Origin: Guillardia theta CCMP2712
Taxonomy: Eukaryota; Protista; Cryptophyta
Assembly: GCF_000315625.1 (NCBI RefSeq)
Contig: NW_005434652.1
Coordinates: 569,263-629,222 of the forward strand
Direction: 5' to 3'
DNA: 59,960 nt
Positions within the stretch are counted from its first letter, which is position 1. Each line of letters begins with the position of its first letter. The position numbers were made by a program, and so were the translations under genes. This document shows positions 12,039-25,340 of the stretch, piece by piece. Under the pieces are notes generated by a model. It worked only from the letters and a program-made list of their open reading frames with translations, was not told where the DNA came from and ran no database searches.

Positions 12039-12504
12039 TATCTGTTTAGCTCGATTTCAATGCCAGTCCGCCTCGCCATGATTCATAAACCGTCGGGAAG
12101 ACAGAAAACACGCTGTAGGTGCTCCCATTGGGCCTATGGGGTACCATATAGTGAAGATAAATCATATAGTGAAGATTGATATCGGATTAAAAAGTTACCG
12201 GGCCACCGGGTGGTAGGCCCGGCGGGTGAAGGGGCAGGGGAGCAAGGGGTAGGGGTGGAGAACTTTGGACTGAGGCTGGGAAAGGTGGGGGTCCCAATAG
12301 CGGGCCTTGTGAGATACTCCGAATTTGATGTTGGTGAGGGGGGTGGGGTAGGGGCTGACGTCTGGGGTCGATGAGACGGCCGTGAAGGGTAAAATGGTAA
12401 CAAGGGGATGGAGGGGCGACGAGGAGGTTGAGAGAGACATGGGTCTACCTCGTCGATGCTCGAGTCCCTGCACAAGACATTGTCAACTCATCGCTCACGC
12501 AAAG

Positions 12505-15500
12505 ATGCTTGCGCTCAATGAACAGAAAAGGTTATACGGGAGTATACGAACACAAAAGTCATATATCTATGATCGAGGGCGGATATTGCAACATCAACAT
12601 TTCAAAAAGAAAGCCTCCAAGTCAGAAAATGACTTTATCAAGAACAAGCAAAAGAAACGTTCTTTTTCACCATTGCATCCCTGTTACAAATTTTTATCTT
12701 TTATTTCACTTCTCTTTGTACAATCAAACGCCCTTAACGCAACTGAGCAGAAACAGGTAACCTGCTGCTATTGATTATCTATGTTGCTTTTGCATGAATC
12801 AAGTGATTAATATGTCTGCTGACTTCTTTGTCTTGAATCACAGGTGTATATAACCACTATGCGGGTCCTCACTCCACCCATCAACACATCGATCGGTTTC
12901 TTAGGAAATACAGATGTGCCTGCATTGTTTTATCCGCCTCCCAGTGTGATATTGACAGATGATCTTGGAAATGTCTCCAACGTATCATCGAGTCAAGCTG
13001 GGGTTGTTGTGGCCTTGCTTTGCTACAACCAGCTGGGTCTACTGTTGCAAGACATCCAACCATCTTCAATGTGCGAATGTTCCAACACTAACTGCTACAC
13101 CAAGACTACGCTGCAGGATGCGAAGACTATGTCTCAGTATCATCTTACTGGGTCACTGATTGAAACCTTTGACGCATCCATTGCTACATTCACAGACCTC
13201 AGAACGATCATCTCAGGTCAGAGTCTACAACTGGTCTTCGTCAGATACGTCGAAGGAGCATACTCAGGAATGTACACGATTTCATCTCCATTTTCTGTTA
13301 GCCCAGGTATATTACGGAAGTTGCAATATGTAATTGATCCCTCCAATAATTCCACGAGTTGGTGCACTCGCTGTGACCGAGGACTGTACATAGCTGGTTC
13401 AGACATGTTATCGAAAGTAGCAATGTATGATCACTATGGAAATCTGATGAGATTTTGTGACAGCAACAGCCCTTTTTGTCGATTGTCTCAGAATGATGTC
13501 AAAAGTGGGGCGTGTTTCCCATTTCAACAAAATGTTGAAAACAATTTACCAAGACGATTCACCATATCACTACTCGATTCAACAAATGTGTCTGTTCCCT
13601 TTAGCTACTATCAAAACGACAATCAAAACCCTGACAGATCCATGGGATATTTGTCTTTCTCTCCAGAGCAAGTAAAAACTGCCGGCATCGGCTACAGATT
13701 TCAAGTTTTGGCTAGTGACTTAACGATAGTACCTTCTTCCTGCGGGAACATCTGGAATTGCCCTTGTAGTGATTTCATTCTCGGAAATGTAATTGGTCAA
13801 GTCATCGCAACAACTCAACCGTTTGAGGTCGTGAATGCCCCTCCAAAGTATTTGATGCCAAAAAGTGGGCAGATTGAGAACGTGGACGCTGAGATCTTTT
13901 TGAAGCAGCCGACGATAATGGTGTATGATTCTTATTACAATCTGGTTGTAAGCGACTGCTTCACCACTTGCTCAGGATCTCTCAGTAACGAGATATGCCA
14001 CAGTTCTACATCGATTCAGTGCATACAGGAATCATACATCACGGTCACATTGAACAACAACGAACTTACATTTGGTGGCAACAAAACAGCAATCGCATTA
14101 GCTGGAATTGCATCGTTTACAGACCTTTACATAGATACTCTCAGTGCTGCAGAGAGTGCAGCTTGTTCTGCATGTACGGGTGTAGGAGTGTGCCCAACGT
14201 GTCAGCAATGCTATACGAAAACCAAACGAATTACATGTACACGTTGACGTTCACTCTGAGCAGTCCTTACAACCCTTCGCCAGCTACTGTGCAGGTCAAA
14301 TTGAATCCAAGAGTGCAATCTCTCAAGTTTCAATCTTCTGGTGCTGTCTGCACATGTGTTACGCAATGCGCGTCTCCCGTGAATTTGATTGCCTTGGAGT
14401 ATTTTACATTCTCCTTTCAAATCCAGGCATCTGATTGCTCGGGGAAATCGCCGTTGACACAGATGCAGTCGTCTGTTGGAGTTGCGATACAAAGCAGTCC
14501 AGATCCAAATTCTCAATTATTCGGAACGACGCAAGTCGCTTTCGTCGATGGTACTGCTACATTTGATCAATTATATGTGGACAAGAAAGGTGATGGATAC
14601 CTCTTGGAGTTCAACTATCTTGGAAATTCCAAGGCATTCAGCATCAAGTCACCAGCTCTTTGTATTCAAGAAGGGGTCACAAGCATCAAACTTCTGTCCA
14701 CACCAGAGAAAGTCAACCAGACAGCAGGCATTCCCTTCACGATCCAACCTAAAGTACAGTTGATGACTTCGACATCTGTGGCTTATGGCTCGCGAGGATT
14801 CGTGACGGCAAGCATCAACTTTGATCCCGGAGCTAAGAGTGTTCAGAACCCTGGAACATCGCAACTGCTTGGTACCACCATCCTCCAGTCAAATCTAGGA
14901 ACTGTTACCTTCACAGACTTGGCGATCAACAAGGCATCCGTGGGTCAGGGTTATATCAACAGTGGCTTCACTCTCACCTTCGCTTACTTCTCAGCTACGG
15001 TGCAAACTGGATCTATTCCGGTGTATCCCAACATCTGGACCAAGCTCCTGGTTCCCTACAACAAGCAGCCAGTTGGAGGGGTGACCGGAAATCCACTAAC
15101 AAGACAACCACAAGTCTACCTAGTTGATGACTATTACAATCAAATACTCGCAGGCAAAGTGCCCGCAAACACTCTCGTCAATTTCTCTTTGGTGTCCAGC
15201 GGAGTACAAACAAATCGTAGACCAGTATTGTTACTTGATGGTTGTGATATGTCGTGTACTGGAATTCCATTGACTTGCATATCTTGTCCTCCGGTTCCAC
15301 TTTCACCGACGTCAAATTATGTGCAATTTACAAATCTCAGACTGGATGTCGCTGGCGTTGGATACAAATTGCATTTTGCAGCTGTTGGATATCCCAGCAT
15401 AGCAGTCTCTTCTGCTTCCTTCACAGTGGTGGCGGGCCCTGCAGCAACGTTGGCCTGCAATTTTATTTCAGATCGCAACCGAGCTGATCAACCGCTCATT

Positions 15501-18500
15501 ACACAACCTCAGATACAACTGCAAGATTTGTACGGAAATCTCTTGTTTCTCACATCTGGGTATCAGGTGATTGTTTCCTTACTACCGCTTGCGGGAAAGT
15601 TTCCTGTTCCTCTTCCCTCTCCTCCTGTGCCGGGTCAGCCCAATGCTTCTTTATGTAAGTTATATCCGTTTCCCTTAGAAGGACAGAAAACTGCTTCACT
15701 TGTAAATGGTACAGCTTCCTTCACTGACCTTTCCGTCCGCCAAGTAATGAACGCATACAGACTTCACTTTTCCATGACTATCAACAATAAGCTGATAGAG
15801 GTAAATTCGAATAGCTTTAATGTTACTCCTGGGCAAGCAGCCTCGTTGTGTAACTACTCCTTGATGGCACAATGTGGAATATATTCACCATGTTTACAAA
15901 AGGCAATCATTGTTTGCATCGATTCATATGGCAACATTCAAAGTAATTGTAGTCTGTCAACGCAAAGTCCAACGTGCACAAGTGCGGGAGTGACGGGTGC
16001 ACTGTGTTCAGCACCCATGCACGCTCCAAAGTATTGTGAAGTGGGATATGTCTGTGCAATCATCGAGCAAGGTCCAGCGGGTGCAAAGATCAACAGCAGC
16101 GTCTTGAACTCATACGAAATCCCGTACACGTGTCTCACTGATGGAAAAGGAGTTTTCAATGATCTGCGATTCACCATCACGAATCCGTTTTACAAGGTGA
16201 CTTTTTTTTCATACATTTGCTCGCGTGATACAATTACCGGAAACTGGACAGCAGTAGAGTTTAACTACACATCACCATTCTTTCCAGTATTACCCCCTGC
16301 ACCAGAATTCAAGGTCGTGCAATTTTCGGTTGATTTGTTACAAATTTTTACTGTGTTCGACAGAGTAACGAACATGAACAATGATCAGTACTCGATAGGG
16401 TCAACTCTGTGCGATAAAGTTTTTTCTCCAACTTTTACTGCTACTTTGGGGCAAGGATTTTCGTGCGCCTGGCTGAATGCGTCAGCGCTGGCTGTAACAT
16501 TTGGTTCATTTGCAACGGTCAATGCAAGCACTGTTCTAGAGCTGTCCACATCGTCGAACATTACTTATACCGAATCCATTGATGGAGTCAGCCTCCAATC
16601 TTTTCCTGCCACTACTCAACTCGGGCAGATTGTAAACGGGAAGAACGTGACACGACAATTCATTTCCATACCTCAAAACGCTCTTTCTCCATTACCAGTT
16701 CTAAGCGGCTTAAGCAAACTCTCAGCATGTGATAGAATTGGTATCGATGCATCTGGTTCGATCGGAAATGGGGCACGGAACTTTACGACTTTGACTTGGG
16801 GAGTGAATTTTGACGAGTCTTACCCAGCAGCAGGAATTCTATCTTCAGGACTCCAGCGAACTTTCATCAATCGTTATGTCGAGTTTTCAAGTTTGTTGGC
16901 GGGAGTTTCGAATCAAGTGTCTCTACGGTTGCGCCCGAACGCAGCCATCTTGCCCGGATCGAGAATTACTCTTCTAGGACTTCCTGGTCCCGTGCTTCGC
17001 GAGTATGACTGCCCATCCATGCAAGCGCAGGCTTCCTCGCAGGTTTCCTGCATTCATGACATTGGCTTGTCAAACCCCCGAACATCATGCATAGATGTGA
17101 TCTTGGAGGGTCCAAGCGCTTCCTCGTTCATGCCCAGCTCTCAATCACAACCCAAACCTGTGGCGCAGTGGTACAAGGGCGTGTCTGGTTGGGAGCTACA
17201 CTTGAGAGTGCAGTATCAAGCATCTCAAAGTTGTTGTTATCTACCTGCCACTCAAGACACCATCATTTCTTTCACAATCGACAACCCAAATTACCCCATT
17301 CAAAGCTCTGTGTCCATACAAGTAGAATGTGATGAAGCTTATCCAAGCTGTGTACAATCAAACTCAAGTTTGTTTGTGTATAACAGCAACTTCGGGCCTA
17401 TCGGACCTCAAAATTTTCCGTTGCAAACCCTCCTTGCTACTTGTTTACCAGCTTTCTTATGTGCGACTGGTGTGACATTCGGAGGCAACGATTTTCCCAT
17501 TCAAGTTGTTGCGGCTCAGATCTCTGAGACAACCCGAGTGAAGTCGACCTTGAACACCATCTCAATGACGTTCTCGTTGTCAACTACTGCACCTCCAGGA
17601 GCCGTCATTCTTGTTTATGGATTGAACGGCACTTCACAGAAAGCTGGTAGCGTCTGCATTTATGGTGACTCTAATGCAAACATTTCTTGCTCAAAATGTA
17701 GTGCAAATCCAAGCATACATATCGGTACGTGGTATACAGGAGCGAATGCTTTGAGATTTGTGGTGAGGAAAGAATATGTGCTTTCATCATTGCAACCAAT
17801 CAAAATATCATTCAAATTGCCCAATCCTTCCTACACCAATCGTTTGACTTGTGGGAGCAGGAACGTGCTTGACTGCGCGTCTCTCAGTCGGCCTTACATT
17901 CAAGTGTTATCCAACCCCGAGTCGAGGTTCTCACCGACTCCTTATGCGGTAGCTGGTGACGTGTTGGGTGCGGGAATTCAACCAACGTTCACAGTGTCCA
18001 ACATGATCCAGACAAACGCTATTGCAGGAGTTCAGACCATTCTTATCGTCCAGCTAGTATCTAACATCGATTTGCCCGTGAACACAACGCTTACCCTCAC
18101 AAATATGAATGGGATAGAATTTGTCGGTCCGTTTCCCAACGAGGATCGGCTGAATGGTTGTTGGGAATCAGTTACAGATCCAAATCAGACTGCTGCTAAG
18201 AATCTTTCTTTTGTTCTCACCAAGTGTGATGTCTTTGCGGATAATCTTTTCTCGTTGTACGTCTTTGTGACAAACCCACTGTCGAATGGACTTTATTCCC
18301 AAGTCCTGGTGACGGCCTCATACCATGGTTGCGATTTATGTCAGAGTAGCTGTAGGTGTGAGGTCACTTCTCCAGATCCATTCGAAATTCTTCCACAGCA
18401 AGTAACACTTGCAAACTCGAACAAGCTGCTGCTGATCCAATACGGCAGCTCCGTTCGCTTCAACGAGAGTTCAAACGTCACAGGCCAGATCAACACGTTG

Positions 18501-21500
18501 ACGATCTCCTTGGCCTCAAATGCCTCCATCTTGTCGGGTTCGTCCTTCACGATATCGGGTCTCAATGCAATTAGCAATCCACCTGCGACAATTATCGTTA
18601 CCTTGACATATGGCACAGCAGTACAACCAGTCTCAGGGAGCTTTGACTCCACGAAAGGAGCGCTGACTTTCAAGACGATTCAACCAATTTCACCAGGGAA
18701 TCTTGGTATCGAATTTGTGGTGGAGAACCCAGAAAACGCGAAAAGCAATTCCAAAATTACTTTGAAGGGCAACATTATACCTGGAATCTGTTCTGAACCA
18801 CTGGCGATGCAAGAATGTGTTCAAGGCCTCGCATCTAGGTCATTGAAGGCGATTGAGTTTGAAGCCTCAGTCACCGACCGACTTCTTCTCAGCAATGGCA
18901 ACAAAACGCTTGTTATCAAGACCATTCAGGAACTCTCTACAGTCTTTGGCGCATATAATATCATTGCTGTCCACCTCCGGCCAAATTTCAAATTCAAAGG
19001 AAGTGGTAGCAGCATCACTTTGCAGGGCCTCAAGAACTCAATTTGGCCCCCAAAAACGACTTCGACTAGTCAAATTCAACTGGAAAATTCAATAGCTGAC
19101 TTGCTTCCCAACTGTTCGTGTATTTCTTGTGAATCTTCGAATTGTGATTGTACTCAATCAACATTGAACTCGCTGCAGCTGAATCTATTGTTTTGGAACT
19201 ATGATCAATCTCAGAATCTTTTGTTTGATAAGCCTGTCACTGGTGAATGGGATCCCTCAGTCGGGACTTTGAAAGTGACATTGTCACCTAATGCTGAAAT
19301 CCAAGCAAACCAAGACATTGTTTTTGCTTTCTCTGTTCGCAATCCAACTGTCAGATCGCGACCAAATGCTTTGAATGTAACTCTATTAACCCCGGATATC
19401 ACCATTAATGCTGAATTTCAAAAAACTGTTCTGGTCGCAGGCTCGCTGCCCAAGTTCATCGAATTCACAATCAAAGACGAGGTCAGCACGGCAGATGACT
19501 TCAACAATTACACCATCACATTTGCTGCCAACTTTCCCATGACCACCTTGCTCACGGACTTGACAAGTCAGACCTCTGCGATCACCATATCTGGATTGAC
19601 TGAGTTTCAGACACCAATACCAGGTCCATATCCCCTCCAAGGCGCCTCTCGATTCATGGCCTCGAAGCGAGGTGTCTATCAGGTGCTGTCCACGTCATCG
19701 ATCAGCTTTGTGTCAGGCGTGATGCTGGGTGGTTGTGAGTCTAGTTCAGCGGGATGCTCACTATACATTCCTGGCGTGTACGATTATCGTTCGTTACTGT
19801 CATATACAGTGAGCTTTGTGCTCAAGAATGGAGCTATTCTCAACTCTCTGGGCACGCTCCCATCGATCAGCTTCTCTAGCACTGAAGTAACTGTTGCTGC
19901 GACAGCTACCACGTCTCTCTCTGTCGGCCAAGTGCTCACATACCCACAAGTGATACGCTCAAATATATCAGAGTCGTCAAACATTCAGAGATCTCCAAAC
20001 ACGATTGCGATAGAGTTGAGCGTGAACTTTGATTTAAGAGGAGGTTCTAAGGTTTCTTTCGGAGGCTTTCAAAACAGCTTGTCAAGTAGCAAGATCACGA
20101 TCCGTAACAACTTCGAAACAGCAATACAAGGAATCTACAATTTATCGAAGGGAACTGTTGAATTCACATTGGGTCAAAAGGTGGTTGTCAAGGCTCAGTC
20201 ATTGATGTCCTTCAACTTCACTCTGGTGAATCCCTCTCAATCTCGGATTCCTTCGGCGGTAACAGTTTCCATTACCGCGTCGTCATACACTGCCACCTGG
20301 GATTGCAACTCTTTACAGACTTCGGTACTGGGAAGTGATGTAGTCGTCCCCTCAACTGTCCTAGCAGGACCGCTGGTGTTCGGTGCGTCAAACCCCTTGG
20401 ATTTTGCTGTCAGAAGAGTTGGAGAGTCCACGCGTGTGAACTATGCAATCAACAAGATATGGGTGACTCTAGTGCCCTTCACAAGTGTGCCGGCAGGATC
20501 CTCCATGACTATCTCTGGAATTTCGAGCACGTACACTACTCAACAGGTCCTAGAGATCAATGGAACTTCTTCTTCTGCACTCACAGCCATCTTCAATCAA
20601 ATATCTCAAAATAGTTTCTTCGTTCAGTTGACTCTCAACGTGGAAATGATCGCAGGTCAAGAGTTTGTGTTCTACTTCTTGTTGCAGAATAGGAATGGTC
20701 TCCAGCCAAAGAACGAGTTGCAGATCTCGGTACAAGGACCGCCAAGCACTGCAAATTACTACTCATTTGGACCTGTGCCGTTGATTGGCGATGTCTTGCG
20801 TTCTGGTTATGCGCTCTCGTGGGTGAAGAAGACAATCCAGCAGGAGACGAGGGTTGTAGGTGCAAGCAACGTTTTAAAGTTCACCATTCGCCCGAACGCT
20901 CCTCTCTATGAAAACACGAGAATTCTCATCTACGGTCTCAGGAACACGCTATCTTTGAAATGCTTCCCATGCGCAACTACTCTCATACCAGGCTTGGGAT
21001 GCTCCACCGAGTGCACCCGCTGCGTGTCGAGACTTTGTAAGCAAGTGTACAACGAAAACTTGAACGCTAACTCTCTCTTCCTCATCAATTCCCCATTTGA
21101 TTCAAGCACTGGAAATCTGAATTTGACAATAGCTCCCAGCCAGCTTATACCCGAGGACAAGGAAACCGTTTTTACCATCATTGTTTACAACAGTAATGAA
21201 ACAAGCAATTTTCGAGCAGACTGCGTACCTTCTAATCAAGATTCTTGTCTTAGGATGGAAGTGTTGAATGCAGCCGTTTGTCCAGGAACATCGCTGAATG
21301 GAATGACATGCTCCAATCCGGAAACCATTCCTGCAGCGCAAAAGACGATATCAACTTCAACCCCTTCGATAGATAATTATGGTAATTCAAACATTGACAC
21401 ATGCAGTGTCTGCCTTCGGACTGCCGACGTTTATGAACTGAATACTGTTTTACAAACGCAGACCTCTTTGATCATCAGCAATCTGTCTGTGTATTCTCCT

Positions 21501-24500
21501 AGTTTACAAAATGTCCCAACTCTCATCCAAGGTGGCGTTGCACCTGGTCACTACCAAGTTTTCATTTTACTTTCAAACTGGGCAGGGCAAAGCAAGAAAG
21601 CATTCTTTGACCTTGAAAAGCCTTACCTGCCTCCCGGTTATGGTTATGGTCCCATGCATAACGAGTACCTGGCTCCCACCATCAGGATGACCAACCCAAA
21701 CAACATCACCATATTGTCTGGGAGAAGTTTGAATTTCTACTCGCATGGAACTCCGATCACATGCTTGGACATCGGTCTGTCGTCAGATCTGAGCTATTCT
21801 TGGATAGTCTCTTGCCAAACGTGCAAATCTCAAAGTTCACTCAAGACTTTGCTTGGAAACTCTCTTCGCCCCTGGCTTTCTGTGTCTTCGGACTATCTTC
21901 TTGCAGGATGTGTATGTAACTTCACCGTCGTAGCCCATCAGTCGAGTGTCACTTCATCAGCAAGTGTGATTGTGAACGTCAGGCCCAAACGGTTGATTCC
22001 AGCTATAACTGGAGTCAATGCAGGCGGAGAGATGTCAAAGTTGCAAGACATATCTTTGAGCGCAAAGAGTTCTCATGATCCCGAGTCAGTTGTGACGAAC
22101 TTTCAGATCACTGATGCACAAATTCAGTGGGTTTGTACTTACTCAAATTGTACGACTTGCTTCGTTCAACAACTTTGCCCAACTGATTCGTACTCGGTCA
22201 TCAACAGTGCGGAATTTGTGATGTATTCATCCAAGTTGATCGTCGGAGCTCGTTACACTATAGAGTTGCAAATACAACGAAAGTCAAGCTTACTCAGTAC
22301 AGTATTTGGGAGTTCATCCATCCCCTTCATGGGTGACTGGACTAGTACGAGTACTACGCAGGTGGAATTCACAGTGGTTGACCGCCCAGTTCTCTTGTGC
22401 AATATTTTGATGTGTAGCACAGCGATGACTAATGTTTATTCCTGTGGCAGTACGTCTCAGAATGTGCAAGTCAGTGGCAACCAGTACCAGTACCTCAAGG
22501 GGTCCTGCACTCCCTCGGCAAGTGCTGGGATCTCCTCGTACTCGTGGACGCTTGTCAGTGACGTGCTGCCCAATTTGACGTCTGCAGACATTTCTACCTC
22601 GCTCTCGACCTCCTTCCTGGTGGTCAACCCCAGCGTCCTTAGAGCTGGGGTCAGTGCGAAATTTAGATTCAGTGCTGTAGACACAGCGTTGGTGTTGGGC
22701 TACTCTGAAATAACTTTAATAGCCAACTCCCCTCCAAGCGGTGGATACATCAGTGTTTTTCCGACCAGGGGAGTTGCTCTGGTCGACAACTTTGAGATCT
22801 CAGCACCAGCCTGGAATCCTAGCAGCAATGACAACCTTCCCTTAGTGTTCACGTTCTTTGCCAACGAGACTTTGCTTGCTCAGCAGTCTTCGATCACACT
22901 GAACACGATTCTGTTTCAGGGAGACGCTTCAGCAAGCTTCCGACTTTCAATTCATGTCATAGTATCTGACAGTCTTGGAGATTATGCTGCTGCAGCACAA
23001 AATGTAACCGTCATCACAAACAACACGGATATACAAGCTTTCGCAAGAAATCAGATCAACCAAATCGATCAAGTGTTTTTGAATGCAGGTGATGTTGCCA
23101 AGGCTACTCAATACATGGGCATTGTTGCGTCTACTCTCAATGCAAACCCTGCACCTTGCATCAACCCTCAGGAGCTAGGGTGCACTGGAGCATGCTGTCT
23201 TCGCATCGCATTACTCAACAGTTTGCAGTTGACTGGCTCCATGTACGAACTGTCGTCATCCAGTCTGCCTATCATTGCCAATACGATGCTGCAGATCTTG
23301 AAAGCGCCGGAGGAGATTTCCTTCTCTTTGTTACAAGAAGCTATCTCGTACTCATCAACTCTCATCTCGAGCGAGTCAGGTAGTGGCGCAAAGAATCGGT
23401 ACTTGCCAGGGAACTTGACTCAGCTTGTAGCCGCTCTGCTAGCAAGTGCGAAACTAAACGGCGGATCGATGATCGATGCAAGGTTGAATGCGAGGAGTCT
23501 TGTCAAGAGCTCAGCCGGTCGACAGCTCAAGGCAGTCTTGGGACTTACTGCGAGGAGTGCGAAAGCAGTGATCATGGCAGCCTTGTCCCTTCTCTCGTCC
23601 ATCTCCACACTAAGTACCCAGCACACGATCCCAGACATATCCAAAGCTGTAGTCATTCAATCTGCCGGAATCATCGTGAACACGTCGGTGTTCTCTCAAA
23701 CCTACTTCTCTATCAACGGTTTTGTTGTGTCGTTGAACAACTCAGAGATGTCGATCGGACTTCCTTCAAGCCTGCTTTCGTACATAGATCCAACAACCCC
23801 ACTCACTACCAGCATCTTTCAGATAATGGTTGCACAATTCGCTTATTCGGACAACCCTATCACGGGATCACTTGGTCCAGAAATTGTTCTTCAAATCCGA
23901 CCATTTGGCAAAGACAACGTGATCTCTTTCAACATCATCGCAGGTCTGCCTATCACATTCAAGGTAAGTGAGCTTCTTTCCTTGGTTGATTCTGCCTGCT
24001 GACTTGCACCTCAAGCTCCTTCGCACGCAGCCTCTCAACTACTCCACACCGCCCCAACCGGGCTTCCAGCTCGTCCCCTTCATCCAGTACTTCGATGCTG
24101 ACATCAGCGTATGGCAGTGGAAATCTACTGGAATGACATCTAGCACGTCTGTCAAGGTCACAGCTGCCCCGCAGCTGGTGACTTCGTCAGGGTACTCGCT
24201 GAGCCAAAGGGTGTCCATCTTCTCGGTTTCTCAGGTCTGGGCAGGGTGTGATGGGGTCGCGTTCAGTGGCACTGTGATCGACTCTTGCGGGGTTTGCGGA
24301 GGAATGAACTACAGCTGCAGCGGCTGCGACGGAATCCCGAACACCGGCAGAGACAAGAATTGCAGTCAACATGGAGCTTGCAGCGGAGGAGCATGTGTCT
24401 GCTACGAGAACTACTACGGCATCATGTGCGAGACCTTCTGCAGGTCTGACGAACTCTCCTGCCGTTGGTGCGAGTGACTCTGTTTGCAGGGACAGTGTCA

Positions 24501-25251
24501 TCTGTTCGGGTCATGGGAGGTGCAACCCCGGGACTGGAACCAGTTGCAGCTGCGAGCAAGGATGGGAGTCAGCTCCTGGCATCGCATTTCCTGGTCCGTT
24601 CTGTAATGTGTCCACCACAGCAGTTGCATCCAACTCCAACCTGTCGCAAACCGCGATACGCATCCTGCTGACCATCGGGCTGCCGGCCTTCACCGGGGCT
24701 GTCATTCTCTCAGCAGTCGGCGTGGTGATGTTCAACCACCGCAGGAGGATGCTCAAGAAGTCCTTCAAGACCATCATCGAGTTCCCTCAGCCGCAACTTG
24801 ACGTGACGGCTGAGGTGCGAGACAGCAACCTGCTCATGGTCCCGGACGAAGACGGCTGGGCCAACTTCGAGGTAACTGCTCTCCTGCTTGACCTTGTCCG
24901 TGATGCCTCTGTCAGATGCCAAAAGCCTCAGCAAAGTTAAGCTACGGGCCAAGCAGCGGTCAGCTGGCAACCGCCGTGGCAGCGAGCACTCGGACGGAGC
25001 TGGAGCATGTGTCTTTGGAGTGCATCGATCGACGAGCGTCGCTCATCCGCAACCTGACCAAGTCGAAGTTCACGACGAGGAAGTACAAGACCAACATGCC
25101 CCTAGAGGCAAGTGCGGTGAAGGAAGAAGCGTCGGACGAGGAGAGCGACACATGGAGCAGCGACTCAGAAGTCGGCATGCACGTCAAGTCTTGGCATATC
25201 ACTAATCACCCGGAGTGGTTGGATCACGACAAGAACATGGACAGTCAATGA
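12505..25251 (+). CDS. Giant (~4,100 aa) type I membrane/surface protein: Ig-like repeats, REJ (polycystin-1-like) region, DxCGVCGG and EGF-like Cys modules, one TM helix; contains an apparent frameshift near 14220
   Basis: Exons 12505-12756 (ends in hydrophobic leader FLSFISLLFVQSNA), 12844-23963, 24016-24443, 24490-24871, 24916-25251, all GT-AG and phase-consistent. REJ-type ANSPPSGGYISVFPTRGVALVDNFEISAPAW..LPL. EGF-like CSQHGAC..C.C..YYGIMC. TM ILLTIGLPAFTGAVILSAVGVVMF followed by HRRR. Confidence 0.8.
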
Positions 25252-25340
25252 GGTGAGAGAGAAGCAGAGCAGATTCAACGTCTGTCCTTGTTGTATCATT
25301 TACAGAGAGATGTCATCCCGTCTTTGTCACGCATTTCATG

